A stretch of 64,000 bases of DNA, from contig NC_087250.1 of NCBI RefSeq assembly GCF_037042905.1, forward strand, positions 26,290,001 to 26,354,000, written 5' to 3'. Both the position numbers and the translations under genes were made by a program. Source of the DNA: Lytechinus pictus (Eukaryota). Below the pieces are notes generated by a model that saw nothing but the letters and a program-made list of their open reading frames with translations, made no database searches and had not been told where the DNA came from. This document shows, piece by piece, positions 43,484 through 56,830 of the stretch. Numbering within the stretch: position 1 is the stretch's first letter; each line of letters begins with the position of its first letter.

Positions 43484-46400
43484 AATACAGGTATATTTAC
43501 CCAGGGAAGCCACTTCAGTTTCGAAAACTGTTCTACCAGCGGGCCCTGCTATTATTATTACCCCGGCTTTAGCTGAGCTGCCTAGGCGCTCAAGCATTCA
43601 AGGAATTTCTTCCTACCGGGTACCCATTCACCTCACCTGGGTTGAGTGCAGCACAATGTGGATGAGTTTCTTAAATTAAATTACATCAATTTTTTTTCTA
43701 ACAGACGCAATTAATTTTTAAGGTTTCTATGTTTCCTTTCCCTTCCCTTTTTTTTTTTTTTTTTGGCTATTATGCTTCAATCATATATTTGCTTATTTAG
43801 TTTGCCTCTGCATTTTGCTCATTATATATATATATATTTCTATATTGTATTTATGTCTTTCTCCAGTGACTATGTATAAGATTGTCACTTGGTTATGTAC
43901 TTTATTCTATATCATGATTATGTCTCACGCATCGTAAATTTGTTTTGTATATTATTCCAATAAATGCAAAAAAGTCCTGCAAAAAATATACATTTTCAGA
44001 TATTTACTAATACTACAGAGAATAAATTGACATATAATTGTATCTGTATAGAGAAACCAAAATGTTCTAAGGGAAAATTATTTTTTTGCTACTTGATAAC
44101 ATAATTATTGCGTTACAAAATATGTATTGAGTAGTTAATTAGCATATTATCATTCAAGTGGGTCTATATTACTAGACTACACTAGCATTTTTGGTCAGGA
44201 AACTGGCCAGGTATGAGTAGTTGAGGACTCAAGATGGCGCTTTTGGTTCGTACATGTATCTGCTTTAAAATCTTGAATATTTATTCAGATCTTTTATGCA
44301 TGCCTGGATTGTTTTTTTACCAAAGCAAGGGTTGCAGAACTCCCTCCTCTAGCTTTTTCTTACCGTGTAAAACGTGTTTGAAAACGAAAACAAAAAAAAA
44401 CACCTGATTGAGTTCTTTTGCTTAAATACCCCAAAACTGAAGTATGTCTTGTCAATTCTTCTTTCCATTTTCTAGGGGTTTGTCCAGTCCAGTATAATCT
44501 GAAAAGGTATCCTACTTGAGTGTTCTATTTACATCAGTAATGTAGTTTAATGGACAAAAACAGTTTTTGAGGAACAGATTAAAAAAAATATATATATTTT
44601 CCCTTCACTTTCTGATTACTAGTCTTTTGAATGAATTATGCCGATATCGACCATTTATATCATAAATCCCCAAACAACGAACTCTGTTGAAATTAAACAT
44701 GGAGCCATATACATTATGCAATATTAATTGAAACAGACTTACCACGTGATGTCCAAACTCGAATATTTCCAACTAAAGTCCGTTTTCTAAAATGGTAATA
44801 TCTCAACAACGTTTGAACTCTCAGAACGATGTGATATGAACACGGATTATCCTATATCTGTAAAGAGTCACCAGCCTTTTGTGCAACAAGCTATACCACG
44901 GGGATTCCCATCGAAGTGTATGCTATGCATGTAAATGACGCATTGCCATAGTACCGTCTTCGCCTTTGTGGAAAATATGGCAGATGTTAATTAGTACAGT
45001 ACTGATGGTTGCAACGGTATCATCCAGTTATATACATAGCATACATCGTTCTTATACTTGCTCTCCTCTCTGGTTCTGTTCTTCTCTCTCTCTGTTTTCC
45101 TTTTCCTTTTCTTACCAAATCCTGTTTGTTAATTGTTTATCAATAGTTGTAGGAGGTATCCTGACACAAAGACCTGCTTTCTGGGTCTTTCGCCCTTACC
45201 CAAACACATAATTTAAACATTGTATTCGTATTCATTGTATGACATTTGTATACTTTAGGCGTATATATATGTATGAAAGATTGATGAAATGTCAAATGGA
45301 ATAAAAATGAACGTTTATTTTAATTGAATTTAATAGAATCATCAATGGGGGATGAAATCATCATACATCGTCATAGGGGACATGCACCTTGCATACCGTT
45401 TCAAAAAGGGGGGGGGGGTCTGTTTTTAAGGGGTGGGGTGGGCAAAGGCCTGGTTCTAGAATGAGCGCTAGTGATGATAGTTGATTTCATACCAAGGGTG
45501 CCAAGCGACCTGGAAAAGAATATGATAAAAAAAATGCTGCATTTGACAGAGAAACCGACATTAAATTTTAATTGAATCATTTCGGTATTGAAATCCAATG
45601 ATTTTTTTTTCTAAATGTTTGAACAGGTGTCTATGTAGAGTAGTAGGCCTATCGTTAACTGTTCTTTTTTTCATCTGCTTTCATATCTATCGTGGTAGTC
45701 TAATGGTGATCGGTAAAACCAAACAAAAGTTGCTTTTAGGACAAAAATAATTATTCATTTGGAGATAAATCTTCAACTAAACTGCGCAAAATTACCGTTC
45801 AACCAAAAATTAACAACGTTTAGCGGTTCTAGACTTTCTACCAGCAATTTCTCCAAAATTTAAAGCTAACATTAGGTCTATTTGGTTAAATTTTGAATTC
45901 AAACTTTCATTGTCGCAAAATTTACACAAGGTGAGAGGATGTATTCCCTGTATGGGCAATGCATCCTCTCACCACCCAAATGTTTTGATCAACAACTGTC
46001 CTTTTTTTCAAGCCACCAAAATTTACGAACATAATAGTCTGAACAAGATCAAAACATTAACCAGTACACTACAATTCTGTCACTGTGCCTTCAACAAACA
46101 ATTCTGCAGTGAAACTAATTAATTTGTTAACATGATGTTTTATTGTCATGTAGACAAACTCATTAGTAATTTAAATAAAACCATCATGTTTTCTTATTTT
46201 CCACATTAATTAACTCATAACGATTTGACACGGCGTGGCTTGTCCTCTAATTCATGAGTGTCTGAATGGAGAACAAGATTCAGGAGGTTTACGTGGGAGT
46301 TTGTCCAGGACAGGTAACAGTAAGAGCTTGTCCGGACCAGCAAACGTAACAGTGGGGGCTTGGTGAGAGTCGAACCAGAACTCTCGGCGTAAGTTGTATC

Positions 46401-47028
46401 GAAGTACCGTATACCGTATAATGCTAGCGCCGGCAAAGTCGCATGAACGTATAATCTGTTTCTGTTTTCGATGCGAGTGCAATTGTATTCAACGTTAGGA
46501 TTGTCATTAGACATTTACATGGGTGTGTGTACACGTAGATGTAATGCCAGTGTGTGGATATCGCTGTCAGTGTTGTGTATGACGCTGTGTGGTGAGCGCA
46601 CAAGGTTGAGTATGGCGAGCCGTTTGTTCCATGAGGCAATTCCATGTATTTCAGTGTGCCTCGCTGTGCGATGTGTTTTGTTCACGTAGTGTTGAATGAA
46701 ATTTGGGTTGGTGATATTTCAACTGGTTAACCATTTTTTTAAGTAAGGGTTGCTGTGTCGGTTAATGATAACTGACAGTGTCGACTGGAGTCAAGTTGAC
46801 AGTGAGGTTGGACAATTTTTATCTGGGGTGGCCGAGTCAGGTTACCCTTTCTGTAGGTTGAAGTCATATCTACAGGGTCAGCCAGGTCAGGTTGACATTT
46901 TCTTCTGTGGTTGATATAATTTTCAACTGTGATAACCGTATTGGTTATTGTCTTGGCTAAGAATTAAAGGTTTTCTTTAGCTGTTTCTAGTCTTTTCAGC
47001 GTTGAAGATTAAGGGTCTTTTGTTGACC

Positions 47029-48379
47029 ATGGCGGAATTTTCTTTGGACGATTTCGTTGACTCTCCCAGTGTTGAGAAGTTGCTGGTTCTGAAGAAGGTT
47101 CATCTCTTGGAGATTGCTCATTACCAGGTTGCTGAGGTAAAGAATACTTGGCGTAAATTAGAAATTCTGAAAGCTGTAATTCAGTGGTTAGTGGAAGAGG
47201 AAGATGTCCTTCCACTTGAAGCTTTATCTAAGGTTCCGATTGAATCTGTGAATGTAGACTTGACAGAGAAATTGCGTTTAAAAGAGTTGGAACTAGAGAT
47301 AGCGAAAGTTGAACTTGAACGAGAACAAGTAGTTTTGAGAAGGGAGCATGAGAATGCTCGAGAAAGAGAAGAAATTAGGCAAGTAAAGTCTGATTTTGAT
47401 GTTGCGAAACATGTTCGAATGGTTCCCGTTTTTCAGGAGAAAAGTAGCTGTTAGTTTGAGTTGGCCGCAAGAAAAATGGTCACACTTGTTACAATCTCAG
47501 TTGAAGGGTAAAGCTCGAGATGCTTAATCAGCTTTGTCAGTTGATGATGCGGGTCGTTATGTCGTTGTAAAAGCAGCAGTGTTGCGTGCTTATGAGCTTG
47601 TACCGGAGGCGTACTGTCAACAATTTCGGAAAACACGCAAAGATGAGACCGAAACTCATCTTGAGTTTGCTAGGCGCAAACAACAGTTGTTTGATAGATG
47701 GAGTTCGTCACTCCATGCAGATACCTTTGATAAGCTTAGAGAAATAATTCTTCTCGAAGAGTTTAAGCGTAGTGTGCATTTCGATGTTAGGTTGCATCTT
47801 GAAGAGCAGCAAATAGGAACGCGTAAAGAAGCAGCGAAGCTTGCAGATGATTATGCGCTAACGCACAAAATCACAAACAAAAAATCAGATGAGACAAACA
47901 AATCTGGAAAGTGGAAAAACAAAATCAAAAATGGTGCTTCAGCACACAACAAGAAAGAAGTAAAACCAAAATCTAAAGATGACGAGCAAGAAAAGAAATG
48001 CTATGCATGTCACAAGGTTGGTCATTTTAAAGCAAAGTGTCCTACATGTACACTTAAAGGAAAAGCAAGTGAATCAAGTAATGCACATCCAAATGCATTT
48101 GTGAAAAATTTGCTAAGTTCAGAGAGTAGGATTGAGCCAGTTAACTTAGAGAAAGTGAAAATGCAATATGAACCGTTTGTTTCTGTAGGATATGTTTCCC
48201 TAGCTGTTAGTGTCGAAGCAAGAAAAGTGAAAGTGTTGCGTGATACTGGTGCTTCTCAGTATTTGATCTTGGAGAGTGTGTTGCCTTTTGGTGAGAAATC
48301 TTGTGTTGGAGCTAGTTGTGAAAATGGCTGTGAGACCATCACTTCCGATGGCAGATGTTTCCATCATTTTAGGGAATGA
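47029..48379 (+). pseudogene. gag: gag (capsid/SCAN-like region, CCHC knuckle) and aspartic protease, frameshifted
   Basis: LRAYELVPEAYCQQFR, ILLEEFK, CYACHKVGHFKAKC, LRDTGASQ. Confidence 0.9.
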
Positions 48380-48659
48380 TCTTGCTGGTGATAAAGTTGT
48401 GCCATGTCCAGTTGTGAGTGCTATTCCGTGTGAGAGTAGTGAACAGAGCAGTTGGTTGCAGAATTTCCTACTGTGTTTCCGTCTTGTGCTGTAACTCGTT
48501 TGATGGCAAAGAAAGTAGAGTCTGAATCGAAGTCTAGTGAGCTAGATGAGGTTAACTTGGGATATTATTTCTATTGTCGTTTGATTGATGATGAAAGTGA
48601 ATCAAATGTGAATGAGGGTGCAGGGGAAACTCAAAGTACAGAAGAGAAAAGTAAAATGT

Positions 48660-51538
48660 GAACCAATGCCGATAAGTAAGAGTAAGTTGTTGGAGGAGCA
48701 ACAAAAAGATCCTGAGTTAGTATCCATGTTTGAGAGAGCGATCTCTGAGGAGGAGGCATTGACCGTGCCTGTTTGTTATTATACGAAGTCAGGTGTTTTG
48801 ATGAGAAAGTGGAGGCCGATAGATGTTCCTGCTGATTAAGTTTGGAAAGAGGTCCACCAGATTGTAGTTCCTTCTACCTATAGGCCGGAAATACTTAGTC
48901 TTGCTCATGAAGCACCACTTGCAGGTTACATTATACATTTGCACTTGCACTTGTGAGTCTATAAGACTCGGGAGAAAATCCTTTCTCATTTCTTTTGGCC
49001 AGGTTTATAAAAGGATGTTGCAAACTATTGCAGAAATTGTCATGTTTGTCAGGTAGTAGGTAAACCGAATCAGAAAATACCAGTCGCGCCATTGAAACCA
49101 GTGCCAGCGTTCGATGAACCGTTTGCAAGAATTATCATAGATTGCGTAGGTCCGCTTCCGAAGACAAAAGCGGGTAATGAATTCCTGTTTACCATTATGT
49201 GCGCAAGTACCAGGTATGTCGAAGCGATTCCACTTAGACGCATCACCGCAAACAATGTGAGCAAGGCGCTGATCAAGATTTTCACGACTGTATGATTACC
49301 GCGTACCGTTCAGTCTGATCAAGGATCAAACTTTATGTCGAAAGTCTTTAAGCAAGTGCTAGGGCAGTTAGGGATTGAACATGTAATTTCTAGTGCATAC
49401 CATTCTGAATCGCAAGGAGCACTTGAGAGATGTCATCAGACACTCAAGAACATGCTCAAAACATATTGTTTGGACACAGAGAAACAATGGGATGAGGGAA
49501 TTCCATTGTTGCTATTTGCTTTGAGAGAATCTGTTCAAGAATCTCTTGGTTTCAGCCCATTTCAGCTCGTGTATGGACATGAAGTTCGTGGACCCCTCAG
49601 GTTGTTGACTGAAAGGTTGTTGTCAGATGAGGAAGATGTGAATATGTTGGACTACGTATCGTCTTTCCGTGAGAGATTGCATCATGCTTGTGAAGTTGCT
49701 AGGAAGAATTTGTCTGATTCTCAGGAGAAAATGAAGTCTTGGTATGACAAGAAGTCCAAGGAAAGGAATTTCAAGGCAGGTGATGAAGTTTTGGTTTTGT
49801 TACCAGTAGTTGGTAATGTTTTGCAGGCTAGATTTTCTGGACCGTATACCATTCTGAAGAAAGTTGGTGATGTTGACTATGTCGTCAAAACCCCAGATAG
49901 GAAAAAGAAAAAGCGTGTATGTCATGTGAATATGATAAAAGCTTATGTTCGACGAGATGATGAAAAGAGAGCCCAACCGGTGTTGAGTGCTGTAGAATCT
50001 GAGCTGAATGATGAAAGTGAAGAGATGTGTAACATTGAGAGAGATGAACCATGTGTGAAATTGAAAAAATCAGAAGTTCTAACACACATCAATGACAAAC
50101 TAACCCACTTGTCTGAGAAGGAGAGGAGGGATGTGAAAGAGCTGTTGAATGAGTATCCGCAGTTATTTGCAGATATCCCATCTCGTACTGATGTTGTTGA
50201 ACATGATGTTGATGTGGGAGATACCGCCCCAATCAAGCAGGCACCTTATCGTGTTAATCCAGTAAAGATGAAGAATTTTGAAAAAGAAATAGAGTACATG
50301 CTGCAGAATGGCATCATCGAGCCAAGTAGCAGCGCATGGTCGTCACCATGCATCTTAGTTCCGAATCCGGATAAGTCGTATCGTTTCTGTACCGACTACA
50401 GAAAAGTCAATTCGAGTACAAAGACCGATTCTTTCCCGATACCGCGCGTAGATGACTGTATTGACCGTATAGGCAAGGCGAAGTATGTGAGCGAGTACAA
50501 AGACCGATTCTTTCCCGATACCGCGCGTAGATGACTGTATTGACCGTATAGGCAAGGCGAAGTATGTGAGCAAATTTGATCTGCTTAAAGGCTATTGGCA
50601 GATTCCGTTGACTAAGAGAGCGCAAGAAATCTCTGCATTTGCTACACCCCAATGCCTATTCCATTACACTGTGATGCCATTCGGTATGAAATACGCGCCG
50701 GCTACTTTCCAAAGACTTGTGAATAGTCTTGTCTCTGGTCTTGAAGGTTGTGAAGCTTACATAGATGACTTGCTTGTGTATAGTGAAGATTGGGAAGTTC
50801 ATGTACAAAGAATCAGAGATTTGTTCAGGAGATTGTCTGATGCCAAATTGACAGTCAACTTGGCAAAGAGTGAGTTTGGAGGTGCTCCTGTTAGTTTCTT
50901 GTGTCACGTTGTTGGTTCAGGTCATGTTCGACCACTCTCAGCGAAGGTAGAAGCTATTCTGGCGTTCCCGACTCCAACCAACCGGAAGGAACTGATGAGG
51001 TTTCTTGGCATGGCAGGCTACTACAGACGATTCTGCCATAACTTCTCTGATGTCGTCGCCCCGCTGACCAATCTACTACGCAAGGAGGTGAAGTTCATCT
51101 CGTCGAGCGACTGTCAGAGTGCTTTTGACCAAGTGAAAGCACTCCCTATCTACCAATCCTGTACTGGTGGCTCCAGATTTTAGTCAGCCATTCTCTCTGA
51201 TGGTTGACGCTAGTGATGTGGGTGCCGGAGCTGTTCTTACGCAGAAAGATGAACAGGGAACAGACAGGCCATTATCGTTCTTCTCAAGGAAGTTTTCGAG
51301 CAGTCAGAGAAATTATTCCACTGTGGAGAAGGAAACTTTGGCATTAATCTTTGCACTGCAACACTTCGAAGTCTATGTGAGTGGATCTCACCATGCAGTG
51401 GACATATGGACAGATCATACTCCTTTGACGTTTCTAAGTAAGATGAAAAACTAAAATCAAAGACTTACAATGTGGAGTCTACTGCTCCAAGAGTACAACT
51501 TGAACATTAGACATCTACCGGGAAAAGACAACATTATT
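48660..51538 (+). pseudogene. pol: pol: integrase, reverse transcriptase, RNase H; interrupted by stops and frameshifts; last codons displaced to 53362-53391
   Basis: Integrase: PFARIIIDCVGPLP, SDQGSNF, QGALER, GPY. RT: PIKQAPYR, FCTDYRK, DLLKGYWQI, YIDD. RNase H: VDASDVGAGAVL, YSTVEKE, WTDH. Confidence 0.93.
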
Positions 51539-53361
51539 TGATTGATTGATTGATTGAATTTATTTTTTTCTTCATTTCAAACAATTGACAAAGTAAGTAG
51601 GAACAAAACACAATATGAATAACAGAAATGAAAAAAAAGGGAACTCACTGGAAAGCTTCGCTTGTTTATGTGAGTCCCCTGAAATAAATAACTGATTAAA
51701 ATTTATCAAATACAAATATAAATTAACAATGTTCAATAAAATATTTGAAGACTACTAATGGGGTCAAGCTTCGTATGTTTATACAATATACAAAAATTAA
51801 TACAATCAAGACAATATATTCATACCCATGGTATACAAATATATATATATATATACAAGATAACGATTCAAATATTGTATGTAAGATAAATTTAACAAGA
51901 CAAGAGGGAATATTAACAGAGAAAAAAACACAAAACAAAACAAAGACAGTGTACCGAAGAGGACAAGACAGGACAAAACAGGACAGAGAAACAAAAAAAA
52001 CAAAACAAACACTACAGATAACAAGCCAAAAGACCAGAACAGACAAAACAAACAAGAAATCTGCACATTAAGAATAAAAAGAGAAGATGAAAATGTGAGG
52101 AGAGGGGAATAGAAAATAAGAAAAAAAAAAAAAAAAAAAAAGAGAATGCTGCTTAAGTAGAGACGTTGGATATCTGCGGTTTATATTTGTGGAGAAGAAT
52201 TTTCTTTAACCCATTACTGAAACTAAAATGTGTCGGTTTATTGCGCACGGATTCCAAAAGAGAGTTCCAAAGTTGTGTACCGGTAAAAATAAATGTTTTA
52301 TTCAGAAGGATGGTTCTAGCTCTTGGTGGGTGAAAAAGTCCGGCGGACCTTGTTGGATAATGATGAATATTGACATTTTTAGTGAACATGGAATAAAAAA
52401 TATTTGGTAGTTCATTTCTATCTAAAGTATACATAAGCTTTCCAAGATTATAACTATATAAATCACCGACCTTCAAAATATTATGATTGTAGAAAAGTAC
52501 ATCAGTGTGTGCACGAAAATCTGTATGACAAATAATACGCAAAGCCTTTTTCTGTAAAAGTAGAATTCTGTTGACGAGGTAGTCAGCACAATTCCCCCAA
52601 GCTATTATGCCATAGTTTAAGTGCGGCAGAACCAAAGTTGAATACAAATTAAATAATATATGGGTTGGGAAGAAAAATTTTACTTTGTTTATGATACCAA
52701 TATTTCTCGAAATTATTTTACAAATGTGATCTACGTGTTCCTTCCAGGATAAATTGCTGTCAATAGTTATACCAAGAAACTTAGTACTGTTAACTCTTTG
52801 TATGCTAGTATTTTCAAAAATAACATTGCCTGGAAGATCATCTATAATATTACTGAAGAGCATATAGTTTGTTTTTTGAAGATTAAGTGATAATTTATTG
52901 GCTTTGATCCATTCTGAAACCTGTTCGAGTTCATGATTAATGGTGGCAAGTAAATGGCGTGGATCCTTGTGGGAGAAAAAAATATTAGAGTCGTCAGCAA
53001 ACAATGTAAAAGATAAAATATTGGAAGACTTGCAAAAATCATTAATATATATAAGGAAAAGTAGGGGACCCAAGATAGAGCCCTGCGGAACACCACAGTT
53101 AACCATTTTTGTTTCGGAGATAGTATTTTCGATAGAGACAAATTGTTTTCTATTGTCTAGGTAGTTCCTGAACCACTCCAAGGCTATTCCTCTGACTCCA
53201 TAATAATTAAGTTTGTATAATAATATTTCATGATTAATGGTATCAAAAGCCTTGGAGAAGTCCAGGAACACCCCAACAGTATGCTCAAAATTGTCGATTC
53301 CCCTAGCAATCTTGTCAACTATAGTTAATAAAGCATGTGTAGTATTATGATTCTCACGATT
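51539..53361 (-). mobile_element. 5'-truncated non-LTR retrotransposon (CR1/L2 group) nested in the Gypsy pol
   Basis: (ATCA)n tail, 3' UTR, attatt TSD (51533-51538 and 53362-53367); removing it restores PGKDNIIADTLSRV-stop. Confidence 0.92.
52153..53358 (-). CDS. LINE ORF2 reverse transcriptase, C-terminal part (5'-truncated, frame open)
   Basis: FLDFSKAFD, GVPQGSILGPLLFLIYIND, LFADD, KFLGITID, YGIIAWG. Confidence 0.9.
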   Translation of the reverse strand, partial: RENHNTTHALLTIVDKIARGIDNFEHTVGVFLDFSKAFDTINHEILLYKLNYYGVRGIALEWFRNYLDNRKQFVSIENTISETKMVNCGVPQGSILGPLLFLIYINDFCKSSNILSFTLFADDSNIFFSHKDPRHLLATINHELEQVSEWIKANKLSLNLQKTNYMLFSNIIDDLPGNVIFENTSIQRVNSTKFLGITIDSNLSWKEHVDHICKIISRNIGIINKVKFFFPTHILFNLYSTLVLPHLNYGIIAWGNCADYLVNRILLLQKKALRIICHTDFRAHTDVLFYNHNILKVGDLYSYNLGKLMYTLDRNELPNIFYSMFTKNVNIHHYPTRSAGLFHPPRARTILLNKTFIFTGTQLWNSLLESVRNKPTHFSFSNGLKKILLHKYKPQISNVST

Positions 53362-54535
53362 ATTATTGCAGACACATTGTCGCGAGTGTAAACTAAATCC
53401 TAAACTTTGACCAATTTGATAACATGGACTTTGTGTGAACTTTGAACTCTGGACAATGGAAGTTTAACGCCGTGTGTATCAATGTGAAATTCGGACAATG
53501 AAAGTTTGATATCATCAATGTGATAAACAGTGAACGTTTGACACCGTGTTATGTCATCATGACGTTTGAGCAGTGAACATTTGACAGCGTGTTGATTCAT
53601 CGTGACATTTGAACTGTGAACGTTTGATATTGTGTATAATCAAGATGAAATTTGGAAACTGCACTTTCTGTAAACTGTTGAACTTGAAACTTATATCATC
53701 ATGTAAATTTATACCTAAATGCTTACTTGTCATCTCAACTTAATGGATACTCCGGAATGGACTCTTTACCATGTTTGATTTGAAAGTGAACTGAACTTGT
53801 GGTTTTTTTTTTCTGGATTTCTGGATGCCAACTGAGCTCATGTTTACACTATATCTTGGATCAAGTAATCTGAACCTATACTGTGAATCTTCATGAACAT
53901 TCAATGAACCCTAACTGAAGCGATGATGTTGAACTTCGTTGAACTGAAACTATAATTGGAAGAAGATATTTGAAATCAGAAGTTTGAACTTACATCTTGA
54001 ATGATTTCTCATATTATTGACTTTTGGACTCAGTGAAGCAATGATTTTTATATTGCTTTTCTCATCACACTTGGAAGTAATATCATGTATTTTCTATGTT
54101 GATTATTCGTGTGAAATTTCTTATGACTATGTTTATTACGAACATACATGTATTTCAGAACATGCGTGTACCTTTTGATGAATAAGTTTTACTACATGCA
54201 TGCGCTATCAATACATGTCTGTTTTACTCATTTCATTATACTATGTTTTATATTATGCTTATCTTTTGCCAAAGTATGCAAAATTGCTGCACAAAGAGCG
54301 TGACATTGAAAAAAAGGCATTTCGATATGTTTTAATGCATTAACTGTGTTTGGTTAAGCGTTATATTCATTGTGATAATGTTCATTTATATTAACAAGCA
54401 AAATTTGAGTTGCGAACATACTAATTGCAATTTCTTTGAAAAATTATAAGCATGTTTTTAAGGAAGGGAGTGTGACGAGATAATAATAGACGTTTAAGGC
54501 TGGAGGAGAGACTAGCGAAAGGATATCGTTATAAC

Positions 54536-54713
54536 TGGGCGTTGTGGCGTGCGCCTGTAATCCAAGCTATGTGGGAAGTTACTAATTGATGCAGAGGTTC
54601 GAGGTTCGAGCCCTGGTCACGTCTTTCGGATGGTGACTTTAAAGGGCGGTCCCAGACGTAATTAATCATATCTGATTGATACACGTCTGACAAAACTCAA
54701 ACGCACACACACA
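54536..54713 (+). mobile_element. 7SL-like-headed SINE, copy 2 (inside the 3' LTR)
   Basis: Near-identical to 40919-41103 with unrelated flanks. Confidence 0.75.
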
Positions 54714-56479
54714 TATGTGAACAACGGACTTGTGAATGGGAATCGTCATGTCATATGGAAAAGTAGTCGCATTTGCTCCCGAGCAGCGACCGAACGCGCG
54801 TACGTGTACAGAAGCTATGGCACTCTAGATACGAAATTATGTTGTAATGGGGCCGAAATGTGAATTGACTCAAAAGTAAAATTCCTACGAAGCTCGGTTG
54901 AGTGGAAATCTATTTTCTACACCTTTTTTTATGATAATACCAAATTTTAAAGAAATTAGAGATTCAGGCTCCACGGAATTGCTGTTTATAAAACACATGT
55001 TTGAGCTTCTCCCACACCAGATTTGCGTATTATTACACGTAAATTTCCCTGTTTGCACACGCTGTGTCGAGGTGGGACGGTCTGTCAAAGACTGTATCTC
55101 ATGAACCAAACATCGTACGAAAGCCGGTTTCCCGCCAATCTGTGCAGAATATATTTCTCTACAATACATGTAAGAATGATGCTGATTGGTTAAAAATTGT
55201 CTACGGAAATAAAGAAAAACTAAGACCCCTTCATTTGTTCACCCAATCAGCCGTCAGTGCGATCTCTGCCCTCATTAGCATACCGGGTCATGACGTATCA
55301 AGACGTCTGAGTTTCATCATGGTGGATTTTACATGTAGCGCGGCCTGACATTCTCGGAAAATCAGACAACATTTGAGGTTTACTTCGGGTATTTAGCTAA
55401 ATTGGATTTTGATCTAGTGACATAAGACTGCAAAGAGTCTGAAACTTTCATTTATATGTATTGTTAAGAACAGAACGAGGAGAATTGTGTTTTTTTCTAC
55501 AATGTCGGCTCAGGATCGCCCATTCTCATAACTGTACAAAGAGAGGTTGGATAGCACCATTTGTGTCTACGGGGGGATTCCAGCTTGACAGGACGTTCAC
55601 ATAACAATATGCAGAAACAGCATAAACAACTTTTGTATTTACATGTAGATCTGCCCACTATTTAAAAAAACGAAAGAAAATGCCATAAACATCAAGCCTA
55701 CAGTGTTCTGTATGCATGTAGATTTTACGATAATTTACCCATTTTCCATAATGGACGCGTCCGTATCGTAGTTTCGTAAGCTGGCGTGCGCATTGGACCG
55801 GAGAGCTCATGAATAATTCATGAAGCGGGCGGCGTACGTCGGTGACCCGCGGAACCCGGTCATTTTGAGCAAATGCGAATTTCCACCCCAAACTTTTCCA
55901 TATGTAGATTTGTAAATAAACTGTTTTTTAAACGATTTGACACGGCGTGGCTAGTCCTCTAATTCATGAGTGTCTGAATGGAGAACAAGATTCAGGAGGT
56001 TTACGTGGGAGTTTGTCCAGGACAGGTAACAGTAAGAGCTTGTCCGGACCAGCAAACGTAACAATTCATTTTGTCAAAACTGAAAACAATATACACAGTA
56101 CTATTATTATAAGCCGGGTTGGCATGGTTTGGGAAAGATGGAAATATATATTTATCATCTTTATTCGCCAAATAATATACATGTAACATATTTATGTGGC
56201 ACTTCTATGAAAAAAAAGAGAGAGAGAGAACAAAACAAAACAAATTGTACACAATAAATTACAATTAATAAAATATAGGGAGAGAAGATAGATTAAATTG
56301 AAGCTAAGAAATACATAGGAATTCAATCAACTGACCAAATGCTTCCCTTATTAACGTGCTACAGATACTTTCCTGATTTCTTACTGCTATCCTATATATA
56401 GTAGCGTGTTTTACATGTATATTAATTATAATTTCTAGGATTGATTTGCGTGTAAAATGATGTCACCTATTACGACCCC

Positions 56480-56797
56480 TTTTGGTTTTCACTTTAATTA
56501 TGAACGTCATAATTTCTAAATGCAAACTTATCTGATTAATGTTGACTGAATGAAATCAGATTCCTTTGTAATGTACCCATGTATTTACTTACAACATGTA
56601 CATTGATCATTTTTTTTAAACAAGTGCACACCTATTAACCAATAATGCATTTAGCATTTCCATTTATTTGAAAGCAGGAGAAAAGAGCATTGTAGATTAA
56701 ATGTCTTGCTCACGGGCATAGGTGCCGCGGCCGGGGATCGAACCCCTGACTTTCCACGTATAGCCAGGCGCCTTAGACCACTCGGTCACGGCACCTC
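56480..56797 (-). mobile_element. tRNA-derived SINE
   Basis: Minus-strand head ggtgccgtgaccgagtggtctaaggcg (A box) ... ggggttcgatccccggc (B box), followed by non-tRNA body; absent from the 39.6-kb paralogue; 3' boundary approximate. Confidence 0.7.
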
Positions 56798-56830
56798 TAT
56801 GAATATCTTATTCGATCATTTACAACTTAA

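Larger units (their letters stand above)
46219..56063 (+). mobile_element. Decayed Ty3/Gypsy LTR retrotransposon, Gmr1-like (PR-INT-RT-RH order)
   Basis: 5' LTR remnant 46219-46351 matches 55931-56063; PBS-like tgggggct after it; polypurine tract aaggaagggag then 3' LTR tgtgacg...cgtaaca (54471-56063); gag/pol motifs in between. Confidence 0.93.

Noticed and set aside
53392..54470. env-like third ORF in the Gypsy element
   Set aside because: Only short ORFs; reads as an AT-rich 3' untranslated region.
56715..56797. Functional tRNA gene
   Set aside because: A and B boxes are present but it runs into a SINE body, has no oligo-T terminator and is an insertion relative to the paralogous segment.
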